Shown here piece after piece: positions 1-13,206 of a stretch of 64,000 nt of DNA. The DNA is taken from assembly GCA_050084985.1 (NCBI GenBank), contig JBITNC010000001.1, forward strand, positions 215,884,001 through 215,948,000, written 5' to 3'. Made by a program: the position numbers and the translations under genes. Numbering within the stretch: position 1 is the stretch's first letter; every line of letters starts with the position of its first letter. The notes beneath the pieces are model-generated. The model made no database searches and was not told the origin of the DNA. It worked only from the letters and a program-made list of their open reading frames with translations. This DNA comes from Nageia nagi. Its lineage: Eukaryota; Plantae; Pinophyta.

Positions 1-3000
1 CCTATTGATATTTCTAATTCTCCCAGTCAACAAGGTTCTCCATTTTCTAGAATTTCTGCCTACTTTGCACCATATACACAACTTGGAGCCAAACTATCTA
101 TTACAATATTGTTGAATAATAATAAAAAAAAGAGCTAAAAGTGGCCAAGATGGTATACTATAAAGGTCTTCCTATCAACATTGCCAAGAGCCCACTTGGG
201 CAGCCAATGTTCAATGCAGCTTGTTTGATTGGGGCTGGGTACAATGCACCTACTTACAAAGAAATGCAGGAGCCTCTTGTGCGAGACATCAAGCAAGAGT
301 GCTTAAATATGTATATTATATTTTTTAAATTGTTTCTTCACTTGTAGTTTTTAATTATATTTTTGTATAGTTGTATTTTAATTGCCTTTTTTTAGGTTGT
401 TTGAGATTCAAGAATCTAGGAAGGTAATAGATTATACCAGTGTTTGAAAGTTCGCTCCTCGCCACTCATTGTTTTCCCTGCTGAGGAGATTAATCGGCGA
501 TTCGGCAAAAATTAGGCAAAAGTTCGGCAAAAAAAAATGCAGAAAAATATATCAGCAATCATTTAATTTTTTTGTTTTAAATATCACAGCAGCCTTTGCT
601 ATTGTAGTAGTCATTTGCTATTACAACAATCATTTGCAAGATAGGATTTTAATATCACCAAAACACATTACAAAAACACAGTCATTTGCTATTACAAGAG
701 TCTTGAAAACTGAAAAGTAGGTGCTATTTTCTATTACCAAAACACACATGATATTGCATTATAGATGAGGGCAATATGTTTTTCGTATCAAAATACTGCA
801 TAGTGCATAGGTTGCATACTAACATAGTAAGTACATAAATTTCAAAATACATTTGGCAATGTTTCTTTGAATGTGCAAAAAACAAAAAAAGATCCCTCAA
901 AAACATCAAACATCCAAATATCCGGCAAAAACCGGCGATTATCCAACAAAATCCAGCAAATATTCGAATATTCTCCAAGATGCAATTTTTTCTGGATTTT
1001 TGGCGATTATTCGTTTTCCCCCTCAATTGCAATTATTCGCGGATAATCACAGGTTTTTAAATCTATGGGTTATACTATAATGTTTGATGGCTGTCCGTAT
1101 TGGAAAGGTAGAACCATAATCAATTTCCTAATGTATAGGCTATGAGGCACCATGTTCATGAAATCCATTATTACATTTGTGCATACAAAGCATGCAAATA
1201 GATTGTATTACCTTCTAGACCAATTTGTGCAAGAGGTGGGGATGGAGCGTATTGTCCAAATGGTCACAAACAACGCTGCCAACTATATTGCAACAAAGAA
1301 CTTACTTATAGATAGGTTTCCTACCATTTTTTGCACCCCATGCACTGCTCATTGTATTGATCTCATTCTGAAGGACATAGGCAAACTAAATTGGATGAGA
1401 GTTGGTTGACCAAAGAAGTTCAATCAGGAAGTTCATTTATAACAAAGAATAGCGTGATGAGGCAATGTTTATTTCTAGCAAGTGGTATGCTTCCCCGATG
1501 TGTAAGAGGCCAAAGGGCACAACAATGGCTTCCTTGATAGGTCAAGAGAAATTTTGAGTGGTGGCCAGAAAGATTTGTTTAGTTGTTGAGCCACTTCTTG
1601 TTGTCCTCCACTTAGTTGATGAGAATAGGCCTGCGATGGGCCACTTATATGAGGCCATGGAGAGGGCTAAGAAATCTATCAAGGCCTAGTATGTGGAGCA
1701 CGTTGTGGATGATGAGGATTTTGAAGACAAGTACACCATCTTTAAGGACATCATTGATCAATGATGGAACAACATGCTCCATCACCCTGTTCATGCAAGG
1801 GGGGTTTTATTGAACCCCAACTTCTTATTTGCAATTTTGCACAAAACTCCACGTACATGACTAATCCTAAGGTTTCGAAAGGTTTTGTTACATGCATATG
1901 CAAGATGATGACCAATCTAGCATACGTAACCGTGACATGTACAAAGATGCAATTAGCTTCTTTGGCTTTAATGTTGCTAGGCATGCACATAGTGAGCTCT
2001 CTCCATGTGAAAGGAAACTAAATATTTCAAATTGTTCATTTCTTTGTTTTTAATATATTTAGACTTCTACCAATTTTAATTTTTTCTAATTTGATTCATA
2101 TTTTAGAGTTATTGTGGAAGAGTTTCGATAGTGATACAACCAACTTGCAAAAATTAGCCCTTCGCATCTTCAATCAAACATGTAGCACTTCAGGATGTGA
2201 GCACAATTGGTGTGCCTACGAAAAGATTCACTCCAAGAAGTGCAACATATTAGCTATCATGTTGCAATCTGCAATTTGATTCGTTTCAATTTTGAATCTT
2301 TTCAACTTTCAATGGACACTTCTTGCAATTACATTTCAATTTGCAATTGATATGGCGAGATTTGTTTAATGTTATCATGTCAACAATGAATCACCTAAAT
2401 GATATTGTATTCATCTACACCAACCTATGATTGTATGTGAAGCAGTTGCAAAAGTAGTATTGAACTAACAACTATTGACTTGTTTACCATCTATTGTACA
2501 CGCAATGATGCACCACCATGCAACTTAGAAGAGGAGGCAAACAAGGAGTTTCAAGCTCCACGGCATGCGTTGGAGCAAGAAATGGATGTCATGGGCATGG
2601 AGGATGAAGTGGACTTGGAGGATCCATTGCCTAAGGTTTAATTTCACTCTCCTACTGTTGTTGGGCCTTCTACACCTATTGAGGATGATAATCCACACTA
2701 CAAAGTCAACACAAGAAAAGAGTACCCTCTAGTATTAGAGAACCTTCTTCTAGTAGTAGTGGAACATGTGGTGGTCGATATAAAAGGGCCAAAGGCTACT
2801 GATGACTCAACACTATATTTTTTGTACTTGTTGGCACTTGGCAATAGACATGCATTTTGTAGATGACTTTTTATTTCATATGTTTTTATCTTTCGATGTT
2901 ATGAACTTATGATTTATGAATAAGAATTATGATCCACTGTCATTTTCCTTAAATTTATGTCATAAATGTGTTGTTGGATGATATGGAAACGTTTTATGGC

Positions 3001-3132
3001 AATTAGATGAACTTATTTCATTTAAATTTTTTAAAAAATTGCAATTGTTTTTAATGTGCCACAATTTTTTGCCATTTTTTTTTAATTTGGCCTGACACTA
3101 ATTTTTTGCCATCCATAATTTTTGTAACACTG
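1..3132 (+). mobile_element. Degraded hAT DNA transposon (DUF659/hATC-type transposase pseudogene); left end lies outside the window
   Basis: Disrupted motifs IVQMVTNNAANY, CTPCTAHCIDLILKDIGKL and LALRIFNQTCSTSGCEHNW. Ends in tttgtaacactg at 3132 (reverse complement CAGTGTTACAAA, hAT-like TIR). Confidence 0.85.
438..1067. mobile_element. Non-autonomous hAT-type MITE (630 bp) inserted in the old transposase
   Basis: 8-bp TSD gattatac (430-437) / ggttatac (1068-1075). Imperfect TIRs CAGTGTTTGAAA / CATAGATTTAAA and CG-rich subterminal motifs. Removing it restores KVIGYTIMFDG..KGRTIINFL. Confidence 0.85.
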
Positions 3133-3239
3133 TTTTTCACATCTAATTTTGGGAAAAGGCTAGTAAGGTCCTAAAATATGTGAAATCTATGGTTAATATG
3201 CTTCACACTGTTGACAGTAACAAACCTTGTATTGGCATG

Positions 3240-3880
3240 ATTTATAAGAACATAGACCATTGCAAATGGGAAACATAAAAATTATTTAAAAATGTAGAAG
3301 ATGAATACAAGGAAGTTGAAAATACCTCATAAAAGATGGAAGATATGCATACTCATTTGCATGCAGCAGCAAGTTTTTAGAATTTCAAACTATATGACAT
3401 AGGAAGAAAAAGTTATGTTGATGCATGAGTGGACATTAAGCTTCCACCTTATAGATGAGGCTATAGGAAGGGGAAAGGTATATTTGTTAGCCTAGCAGCA
3501 TAAGATGACGGGGCAAATGAAGATCATAGTGCAGCAGAAGTGGTGGAAATTCTATGGAGAAAGTGAATCTCCACTATAGTGTTTTACCATTTGAAATTTG
3601 GGTTAAAGGAAGAAAAGGAATTAGTTGTTAACCAGAAAATTGGGTATATTAACTGAGATTCATGATTGCTTTGGGCAAAGTGTTGAATGTTACATTTAGG
3701 CCTTCTTCAAAGGTCAAACCTATTGCAGAAGCGTTAGAAGATGAAAAATGAACTTGATGGTATCAAGTAACGATATAATATTGAGCCAAATAGATTGGAT
3801 GATTTAGAGTTGTTTGATGTACCAAATAAGCCATAGCTCACGTCAACCCACTAGATCTTAAATGTTTTGAACCAACAATT
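3240..3880 (+). mobile_element. Second, heavily decayed hAT transposase C-terminal fragment
   Basis: Remnants HTHLHAAASF (cf. LHAAAYYFNP) and WWKFYG. Boundaries approximate. Confidence 0.55.
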
Positions 3881-3939
3881 TCCAAAGAACACTTAATAGT
3901 ATTTCAGTTTGACATGCTCTAAATGTTTTTATAAAGTTA

Positions 3940-4009
3940 AGATGGTTACATGGTTTCGTTTTTGTCATAGATGGTTACATGGTTTCGTTTTTGTCATAGA
4001 TGGTTACAT
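3940..4009. repeat. 29-bp tandem repeat, about 2.4 copies
   Basis: agatggttacatggtttcgtttttgtcat starting at 3940, 3969 and (partial) 3998. Confidence 0.9.
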
Positions 4010-4169
4010 TTTGCATTCACATGTGTTTCCTTATTTCAAGGTTTGCCTAGAGAATTAAAATTATTAAAATATAACTTTTTCTACTGCTCAAATTTAATGA
4101 TGAAACTTATGGATTCCTTTTAGTGGCAAATTTTTGACAAATTTATCATTGATGAATTTGAACCTGAAC

Positions 4170-4350
4170 TTGAACAGAGTTGTATAGTTGCCCAGTTTGG
4201 ATGGAATGTGTATCAAATTGATGTGAAGAGTGCTTTCATGATCAAAGATTTGGACAAGGGCATATACATATGCAGCCACTAGATTATTAAGTTTGTGGAA
4301 AAGAAAATCTTAGTTGCAGTTTGGTGAGGTCCTTGTATAGACTAAAGAAA
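4170..4350 (+). mobile_element. Ty1/copia reverse transcriptase fragment
   Basis: IVAQFGWNVYQIDVKSAF ... RSLYRLK motifs. Confidence 0.7.
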
Positions 4351-5629
4351 GATTGTTGCCTTAAAAAATGGCAAAATTGCCTAGACTAAGGATTTGTGAT
4401 GTATGCAAAATAATCACCATTCGATGCATTTTATGTAAATTTCGTATCTTTTTCACATTTAAATTTGCTGCTTCTTCCTACCATCGTTCTCATAGTTTAA
4501 TGGTTCTACACTACCCTTGCAGGCTTGGGTAGCTAAGATAGAGTTTGAGTACCTTTCTTCAAAGTTTAAAAAAAAGGGTTTAATTATAAAAAGCATGTTG
4601 ATGGGGGCTTTTTCTTTCCTACGCTGTTGATAGGTAAATTAGCTTACAAGGCTAATGGAAGACACCAACACCTAGGTGGTAGGCCATGACCCCTACCCGC
4701 TATGAGGACTGGTTACCTCAAAGGTCTCGTGATGGGGTGTGCGAGAGGTTACTTAGGAGATTGGTTGAGATGTTTAAAGCTATTTCCAACTCAAATAGAA
4801 TTTGTTACTCAAGGACTCAAAGTGTCCCTATTTCTAGAAAATGGTTGTTTCTCAAAAGAAAAGGTAAAATTGGGTTGCGAAAATTGCGGAACAAAAAATA
4901 AAAAATAAAAGAAAAAGGTAAATTAGACAGTAGTATATGAGTTGGGCACAAGTGCATATGGTCTCACCAACTTGTATAAGGGATGGAATCTACTTCTTTT
5001 GGGCTTGATGCAAGTTCCACACGCTCCTTGCCTTTATCACTAGCCAACTACACAAATGGACTAGTGCAAAGAGTGTGAAGCTATAGGCAAGGATGGTTGT
5101 AAGGCATATAGTGGGTGAATCATCAACGATGGAGTGAAGTTCTTGCTCTAAGCGACATAAAAGGAGTCATCCCAAACAACACAAGTCTAATACGCAAATC
5201 ATGAATTATTGCACATCAAATCCCACTCAATGATCACTTCAAGTAGTATTCAATAAATTCTTTCATCCACCTCAACACGAGGTTTATGAAATGAACCAAG
5301 TAAGCTTGAGTCAAATAAGATAGCAATATTATTCATTCACTGGATTTTATAAGGCATTCAACACATGTTCATGATTCCATTAATGAGAGCATTCACCATT
5401 CAATTGCTTAAGATAATACCACATTCACAAATGGAGCAACTTGTATATTTGGAAGTAAAAATTAAGTCTCTCACAAGTGCCCAAATGTCTAATGCCTTTC
5501 AAATGAGGCCAAATGGGTTATAAATAGTTTTCTTGGCAACCCTAAGTGTTTCCCTAACCCTAATTCCAAAATACGAGAATATACAAATGGTCCAATCAAA
5601 AAGTGCCACATGGCATTACAAGATTTCTT

Positions 5630-5670
5630 CCAAACTTGTGGGAGCAAATCCTCATCCATCACAAGTTTGG
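5630..5670 (-). other. Conserved hairpin (11-bp stem, 19-nt loop) 3' of the ORF, copy A
   Basis: ccaaacttgtg-N19-cacaagtttgg. The counterpart in copy B at 21510-21550 has compensatory changes. Confidence 0.8.
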
Positions 5671-8204
5671 GAATTAAATAACAATAATAATAAAGTATTT
5701 CATCAAAATGAATGTCATTTTCTTGAAAATAAAATAAACTTGAAATTGTGACGAAGACGAAGGTGGGCCCAAAGCTGCAACTCGTTCCTCGAAATCCTCA
5801 TCTAGGAATTTTGCAGTGAGTTCCAATCCACATAGCATCTCTACAATCTTTGGCTTGTTCTTAGCAACATAGCATCCAACTTTCTCAATCAGTCTTTGCA
5901 TCTCATTCGTCCAAGCATGGGCTCTCAACATGTGCCTAAGGTGACTACCAGACCGATAGGTATTGACATCATCCATCATGATTAAACTATGGAGAAAATG
6001 TCTAACCTCAGTCACTACCAGTTCCATCTCCCTGATGATGATATCATCATCTATGAACTTGACCAAGAAGTCCATCTGTTCAACGCTTGTGTTAGCCTTG
6101 TCGTTGTGTACTTCAACCTCCTACACCTCCTAGAAGCGAGTGGCTATCTGATGAATAACACCCAAGTAGAACCAGTAATCTTCACAAAACTTTACATCCT
6201 CAAGCCTTTGATCCTGAGTCATCCCAAATCTCAATATCATTGGTTTCCAAGATTCTAGAATTATGAGAAGACTGACTCTTTCAACCACAATATCTTTCAA
6301 TTTTTGTTCTTCAAATGTGACCCTCTGCAATGCACCAATGAATTGTTGCACCACTGTTAAGAATTCGTCAATCACTTCTTGTTTCCCTGCAATCATACCC
6401 TCCTTGAGGGGTTTTATCTTTCGAAGTTCCTCTGGGGGTACCTTTGCGGACTCCATCTCTCTGGTCAATCTCCTCTAAGTGGCTAACTCCTTCTTGAGGC
6501 TCTTTATCTCTTTTTCTTTCATCATCCCATCATTGGCGATTGCCTTAGTGTTGGATATGATTGCATGTTTTCTGCCAGCCACACCAATAGAACCTGTATT
6601 GATAATCTGGTTTATTTGCCTAAGGTCTTCAGGTCGTTGTGGGTTGTCCTTGTCAACAATTATGGTCTTAATGTGAACTGCATTGTTAGCCAAATGCACA
6701 TAAGTATGACTCTTACCCAGACGAGTGGAGCTTTCTCCAACTTGGTCATTAACTTCTCTAACTCCAAACTCCTCCCCAACATCCATGTTAAACACATCAA
6801 AGCATTCATCCATGTTAACACCCCACTCATCAATGGGTGATGGTTGATGGGTTTCAACAACTATCTCCTGAGTATTGATGACATTTCCCTTGGTTCTTTT
6901 CAACGATCTTTCTTCTTCTTCAATATGCTCTTCAAAAGCTTCTGATGATCGATACTAGGAAGTTCTCTTCAATTGTGTTCTTATTTGTACTGATTTTGAG
7001 GTTCCAAAGAAGTAGGTTTTTGAACTACCTTCAAAATCTCTGAAGATCTATCCTCTTGTTGGGTACCCGGAACATCATTGCGTTGAGTTGTACTCACTTC
7101 CTGTTCATCTTTTGATTGACCTGCTTGTCCTTCCTCGACTGTCATCAGGTTCCTACATGGGACTAGAGGATGAGGACACAAATGGTAAAACAACTGGTGA
7201 TGGACATGCAGTCGATTCTCTAGGTGGTCTTTGAGATGGGGATGGATCCTTCTTTCTGTTCCTAACACACCTCACCATCTTATCAGTGGCCACAAGTTCC
7301 AACTCTCTCATGTCGTGCTCATCAATGGTGTCGCTAACTTGTTGTACTATTTGCTCCACAGGATTCTTACCACACATTGAGGCATATTGACCAACAGGTT
7401 CTTCAACTATAGGGGGAAACTGGGTGACCTTGGATGTGGACTCTTGTGGTCTCATCCCTCTTGATTGCAACAACCTTTTGTCAATAGTGGCCTCAGTAGT
7501 CTGTTGTTGCTCCTGAGCATCCTTATGCATCTTGGCATAGATCTTTCGCATCTCCATCTCATTGCTTATATTTCTAAAGGGCTCCTCTTCTGTGAGTGGC
7601 TTATGTTCATAAGATCTTTTTCTCTCCATGTAGAATTGGTGAATTTTGTGTTATGGATCATAGTGACTTGCAACAGGCATCTTTTTGAAATTGAATCTTT
7701 CCAACTCCTCTTTCATAGTGTCAACATCCGCCCATGTCCTGCACTGGTATTCCCCCATTATGATCGGCAAGTTTGAGGTGGTCGATTTCTTTTGTCATAC
7801 CTGCTCATGCAAGTAGGTCAACTACCTCATCATCTCCATTAGGAACAATCTGTTGCTCACATACCTAGGCAATTGATATGGTTCCACGGCTGACCCATGA
7901 ATTCAGATGTAGAAGTAGTGTTGTGTGATGGATGAAGAAGTACCCACGCTTTCTCAACACGTCTTTGGCCGAATTTGAGATCCTAGTCACCGTGATTTCT
8001 CCCTTGAGCTCTTTATAGATCTCATACTCCCATCCATGTTGTTTTCACTTTGGATGTGGACCTATACTTGCCATGAAACAACAAGTATACTAAGTAGGAG
8101 TTGAGATAGAATTTACGTGTGGTACCCATGGATGACAACTGGTCTGCAATAGTGTCACTCAACACCTTGCTCCACTTGATCTTCTTCCCTCTAGCTATCT
8201 CCAC

Positions 8205-11200
8205 CATAGTAGCAAAACTCGCCGGGAATCGCCAAAACTCGCGAGTCCCGAGTCCGAGTCTGTCTGGCCGAGTCTTGGCAGCTCGGACTCGCCGGACTCG
8301 GCGAGTTTTGGCGAGTCTTGGCGAGTCCCGAGTCCCGGCGAGACTCGCGAGTTTCTAGCCGCGGACTCGCCAAAACTCGTCTGACACGACCAGCAAGAGA
8401 AAAAGTGCCCAGTTTGAGAAAAAGTGCCCAGTTTCTGCCTTTTATTACTTTTTCTAGTCTTTTTTGGTCATTTTGGCGGTGCAGTTGTTAGAAGAAGGGC
8501 GAAAGAGAGGGAGAGAAGCATTTTGCAACTAGACCAACCGAATTTTATCCGTGCTAAATTTTGAGGTAAGTAATTTTATTTCTCTACCTTCTATATTCTT
8601 TTTTTCGCCGAATATTATTAGTAGTTTAACTTTGGAAATTACACTTAGGGAATTAATTTGCGCGAGGTAAAAATAGGGGGTTTAGGGGTAAGATACAAAC
8701 GAATTGGAATAGTGTAATTTTTAGCCCAGATCTCTTCCCGAACGCCCGTTTGTACCCTTTCGAAAAAATTTGAAGCCCCGTCTCGTGACGGGGGTGGCAC
8801 GCCAGGGGCGCTGCCCTTGGAACCCCGTAAAGGGACTAAATTTAATACTTGGACGGGTGCCAAAAATTTTAAGTACCATTTTTTATTTGTGATTTAAGCC
8901 ATTTTTTTTAGCTTGTGGCATGTGCTTATATTTTTATTTTTTCTATTTAAATTTAATTTTTGTATCTTATTATTTTTTATTTTTCTTGTGCAGCTGCAGG
9001 ATCATGGCTAGTGAGGCTAGTCTACCTCATGAGCAGCCAACAATACCCACAACATTACCTCCAGGGAAGAAAGATGCTGCATGGAAATATGTGAATCCTG
9101 GAAAATCAAAACACAAAGGAGGTGTGATATGCCTCTTTTGTAATTTTGATATGAGTGGAGGCATAAACCGCCTCAAGTATCACTTAGCCAGGATAGTAGG
9201 GAAAGAAGTTAAGCCATGCCCTACAGTTCCCCTAGAGGTTCAGCAAGAGTGCAATGCATCTCTCATTGGTTATAAAGAGAAGAAGGAATTGAAAAGGAAA
9301 CATGATGTGGCCATGGCAAACCCCCTTGGAGAGACAGGTAGCACATATACGCCATCACCATTTCCTAGCAGAGGAGTTGCTAGTGGTAGTGGTGGCAATA
9401 GCTCTAGCATTGCCTCAATTGCAAAACCCGGATCTTTTTTTGCTTCACGTTCCAGTCCAGGGTCACAACCCACATTGCATGGTATGACTGCATGGAACGA
9501 GGAGAGACACAAGCAAGCCAGGAAGGCGATAGCTGCATTTTGGTTTTTTTCAGACATCCCATTCAATGTGGCTAGGTCTCCATATTGGCGGGGCATGGTA
9601 GAGGCTATTGCAGCATGCGGTCAAGGATTTAAGGCACCCACATATTATGATTTGAGGGGTCCTCTCCTTGACGAGGCTGTGCAGGACATTCAAACGTTGC
9701 TTCATAAGCAACGTGAGAGTTGGCACACATCAGGGTGCATGATTATGTCAGATGGTTGGGAAGATGGTAGGGGTAGAACATTGATCAATTTCTTGGTTGC
9801 CTCATGTGAAGGCATTGTATTCTTGAGATCAGTAGATGCATCTGGCATTGTGAAGAATGGAGTACGTCTTGCAGCCTTGTTGGGTAGCATAGTGGATGAG
9901 GTTGGAGCTGAAAATGTTGTCCAGATCATCACGGATAATGCTTCAGCTTATAAGAGAGCAGGAAGGATTTTGGAGGGCAAATACCAAACACTTGTATGGA
10001 CCCCATGTGCAGCCCATTGTCTTGATTTGCTACTGGAGGACATTGGCAAATTACCTTGGCTGGCCACGATTGTTGAGAAGGCAAAGCATGTGGTCAAATA
10101 TGTTTACAATCATTCATGGGTGTTGCATCTTATGAGGCAATACACTAGTGGCAGGGAGATAGCACGGCCTGGGATTACACGATTTGCCACAACTTTTATT
10201 ACTTTGCAGAGTCTCTTCCAGGCACAGGTTGATAACTTCATCGTAACATAATCATACACATGATAATTGTTATTTATTTTTAATTTTTGATTTGTGATTA
10301 GATTAACTAACTTCAATCATAAATTTGATATCTAGGGGGCAATGAAGAAGATGTTTGTTGGTGATGAGTGGCTCACGGAAGCTGGAGCTAGGTTCAAAGG
10401 CACCACCGAATGGAAGAGTGTCTATGACATCTTATTTGAGGAGCCCTTCTGGATGGCCATGGAGGAGGCCATCAAGGTACAATTTACAAGATTAAACTTT
10501 TAATTTTATTTTTTTGTTTAACTTTAAAGTTTTAAACTTTATATTGAATTTAAATATTTTTTTTTCCAGATAGTAGAGCCTTTGGTGACAGTTCTTCGTC
10601 TTGTTGATGGAGACAAACCACCTATGGGTTATGTGTTTGAGGCCATGGAAAGGGCCAAACAAGCTATTGCTAAACATTATAACATCGATAAGGCCAAATA
10701 CCAACCCCTTTGGGATCTCATTGATCGTCGTTGGACATTCCAACTTCATAGCTCTCTTCATGCAGCAGCTTACTATTTTAATCCCAAATTTTGGTTTGGA
10801 AAAAAATGTAAGGATTATGAGGTGATGTCAGGATTAAGGATTGCTATTGACCGTTTGGTGGCTGATCCAAACATTCGCTCAGCAATACAAACTGAGATGC
10901 AAGCATATAAAAGTGCCACCGGCATCCTTTTCAGTTCCCCTGAATGTGCCAAAGCAGTTGATACTTTGCTACCACGTAAGTTATTTAAATATTAAACATT
11001 AAACTTTAATCTTTTAATCTTAGTTTCAATTTTTACATGTGAACTTGTGGTGTATTAAATCTATTTTTATTGGATTTTTTCAGACTTATGGTGGGAGGAT
11101 TTTGGGTCATTTACACCCAACCTACAAAATTTTGCAATCCGTGTATTATCCCAACCATGCAGTGCTTCTGGTTGTGAGCGTAATTGGAGTATCTTTGAGC

Positions 11201-12161
11201 ACATTCACTCCAAAAGGAGAAACAGGTTAACACAAGAAAAATTAAATGATCTTGTGTTTGTTCACTACAATCTACTCCTCCACCATAAAAAAGTTGCAGG
11301 TATAGAATCTAGATTATGAGGCCATTATCTACAATTTCATAAAATATACAACTCTTTTAAGTTGGAAAACAAATTTAAGAAATTGATATTGAACTTTATG
11401 CAAACATTGCAGGTATAGATTATGAGGCCATTGAGCTTGATGCCATTGATCCATCCAGTGAATGGATCGTAGACGATCAGCCTTTACAGGATCAGGATCA
11501 GCCTTTACAGGATCAGGGTCAGCCTTCAGGGGATGTGGATGAGTCTTCAGATGATGAGGATCAACCTTTACAACATCCTAATATTCCTAACATTGTCTTT
11601 GATGATCTTGAAATTCTAGCTGAGGAGTTGGCAGCAAAGGGGCAAGAAGAGCAAAGGGTACAAGAAGGGGAAGTGCCATCTAGTTCCGTAGCTCAGGCAC
11701 AAAAGGAACTTGTATCTTATGCTAGGGCAAAGGGGAAAAGGATGACAAAAAATTGAAGTTTTCAGCCATCATAGAATTAGATATTAGATTGTGTGCTTTT
11801 GTATTTTGTAGCCATCTTAGCCTCATAGGCACATTTTGTATTGTGAACTTTGAAGTTTTAACATTTTGATGAATATAAACATATGCCCCTTCCTATTCGT
11901 TTTTTCTTATTCGTAATTGTGTATATTGTAAATTGTATAATGTTGATGTTGAGTAAGTAGGCTTCTAGAAGACACTAATAACAATAATAAGTAATATGCA
12001 ATTGAAAAAAACTTATGTTTTCAGTGAAAAAATACATATTTTTTTTATTTTTTCTTTTGCCGAGTTTTTGCCGAGTCTGGCCGATTTTTTTGCCGAGTCC
12101 CGAGTCTCGAGTCCGAGTGGGCCTCGGCGAGTCCGAGCCGAGTCCGAGATTTACTACTATG
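8205..12161 (+). mobile_element. Full-length, young, putatively autonomous hAT transposon (3957 bp)
   Basis: Perfect 8-bp TSD atctccac (8197-8204, 12162-12169). TIRs CATAGTAGCAAAACTCG / CATAGTAGTAAATCTCG (15/17). CpG-rich CCGAGTC/GACTCG subterminal arrays at both ends. Confidence 0.96.
9004..11756 (+). CDS. hAT transposase, 5 exons (9004-10227, 10336-10476, 10570-10975, 11084-11299, 11413-11756), 776 aa, frame intact
   Basis: BED finger (AWKY..CLFC..GGINRLKYHL..C), DUF659 region (IMSDGW, VVQIITDNAS, WTPCAAHCLDL), hATC dimerisation (WWEDFG..LSQPCSASGCERNWS). All introns are GT-AG and phases sum to 2331 nt. Probable 5'-UTR intron 8566-8993/8999. Confidence 0.92.
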
Positions 12162-13022
12162 ATCTCCACAATGAAGCCAAAGAATTCCTTTTTGAACTTG
12201 GATGCATCTTCTTTTCCCAGGACTCTTGACAACATCAAGATCATTAATTCCATGGAGGGATGAAAGTTGGAGCGAGGGGCGTTCCACTTTAGGCCATGAT
12301 GCTCATCAAGCATCCAATTCCTTATAGCAATGGCAGCCTTGTTAGTATCCTGATAGCAAGCGATTCTACTTCACTACATTCAAAATTTCCTTCTAAAGTC
12401 CATTGGAATGCCATTTTGATGGCATCGAGGCTGAAGTCCATAACGATGTTTCCTTTGACATCTCAGAGCACCCTCCCTCCTTTTGCCAATGGTGACTAAC
12501 TTCCATGCATAATTCTGGAAAAGGGGTTGTGAAAGGGACAAAGGCACAATTGGAGAATTCGGAGAAGAATACAATATCCTGCTTGAGATCATTGATTTGC
12601 ATTCTACGTATCCTCTCTCTCATTTGCATGGGGTCTACATTTTGCCAATCTATGTCTCCAATTGTAGCAAGTCCATTTTTGGAAAATTTGGCCCCTTGAG
12701 GAAGAGGGTTTTGTCTCTAACAAATGGTGATGATCCAATCTTGCCTTAATCGTTCGAGATCTCTTGCAAAGTCCTTGGCTGAACTGCTTTTGGAAGTGGT
12801 CATGATGCTCAACTTTGTGATGGGGTTCTTCAAGAGTGACACGTGGGTGTTCTAGTGATGAGACTGCCCAACGTTGGGTATCTTGTCTCCCAACTCCTTG
12901 CGCAAGCCCTAAGATGCAATGGAATGGATTCCAAACTCAAAAACTGACATTTTTCTACAATTCTAGCGTTAGGGTAAAAGAGAAGTGAAATTTGAATTTG
13001 AGAAAATGAGGTCCCCAAGCTT

Positions 13023-13032
13023 GTATTTATAG
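13023..13032 (-). promoter_or_regulatory. TATA box upstream of the accessory ORF in copy A
   Basis: CTATAAATAC on the minus strand, followed by a pyrimidine-rich leader, about 220 bp before the ATG at 12803. Confidence 0.55.
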
Positions 13033-13206
13033 CTGAAATTGGTCTCCAAGAAACCCTAGTCGGCTATGCATGAGGGAAAATTCATCCTGGTCGTCCAAAT
13101 GGCTGACCTTGGGATGTGTGCACGCTTGAAATTGCATGTCTAGATGTTGGAAATCGGACATGGGGGTTCTAGAGCACTTCCAGGCCTAGTGCATGCCTAT
13201 GCCAAA

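Larger units (their letters stand above)
5745..12803 (-). pseudogene. Disrupted copy of the ~1060-codon retroelement accessory ORF (copy A), split by the hAT insertion
   Basis: Fragments MQMRERIRRMQINDLKQDIVFFS, KIKWSKVLSDTIADQLSSMGTTRKFYLNSYLVY, MERKRSYEHKPL and coiled-coil KEKEIKSLKKELAT are collinear with copy B. Several stops and frameshifts and a ~100-bp deletion near 8040. Confidence 0.8.

Noticed and set aside
8119-8373. Arg/Ser-rich ORFs at the hAT ends (also 11975-12313)
   Set aside because: Artefacts of the CCGAGTC subterminal repeats.
8920-9003. N-terminal hydrophobic extension (MCLYFYFFYLNLIF...) on the transposase ORF
   Set aside because: It is the polypyrimidine tract of a 5'-UTR intron ending in CAG; the true start is probably ATG 9004.
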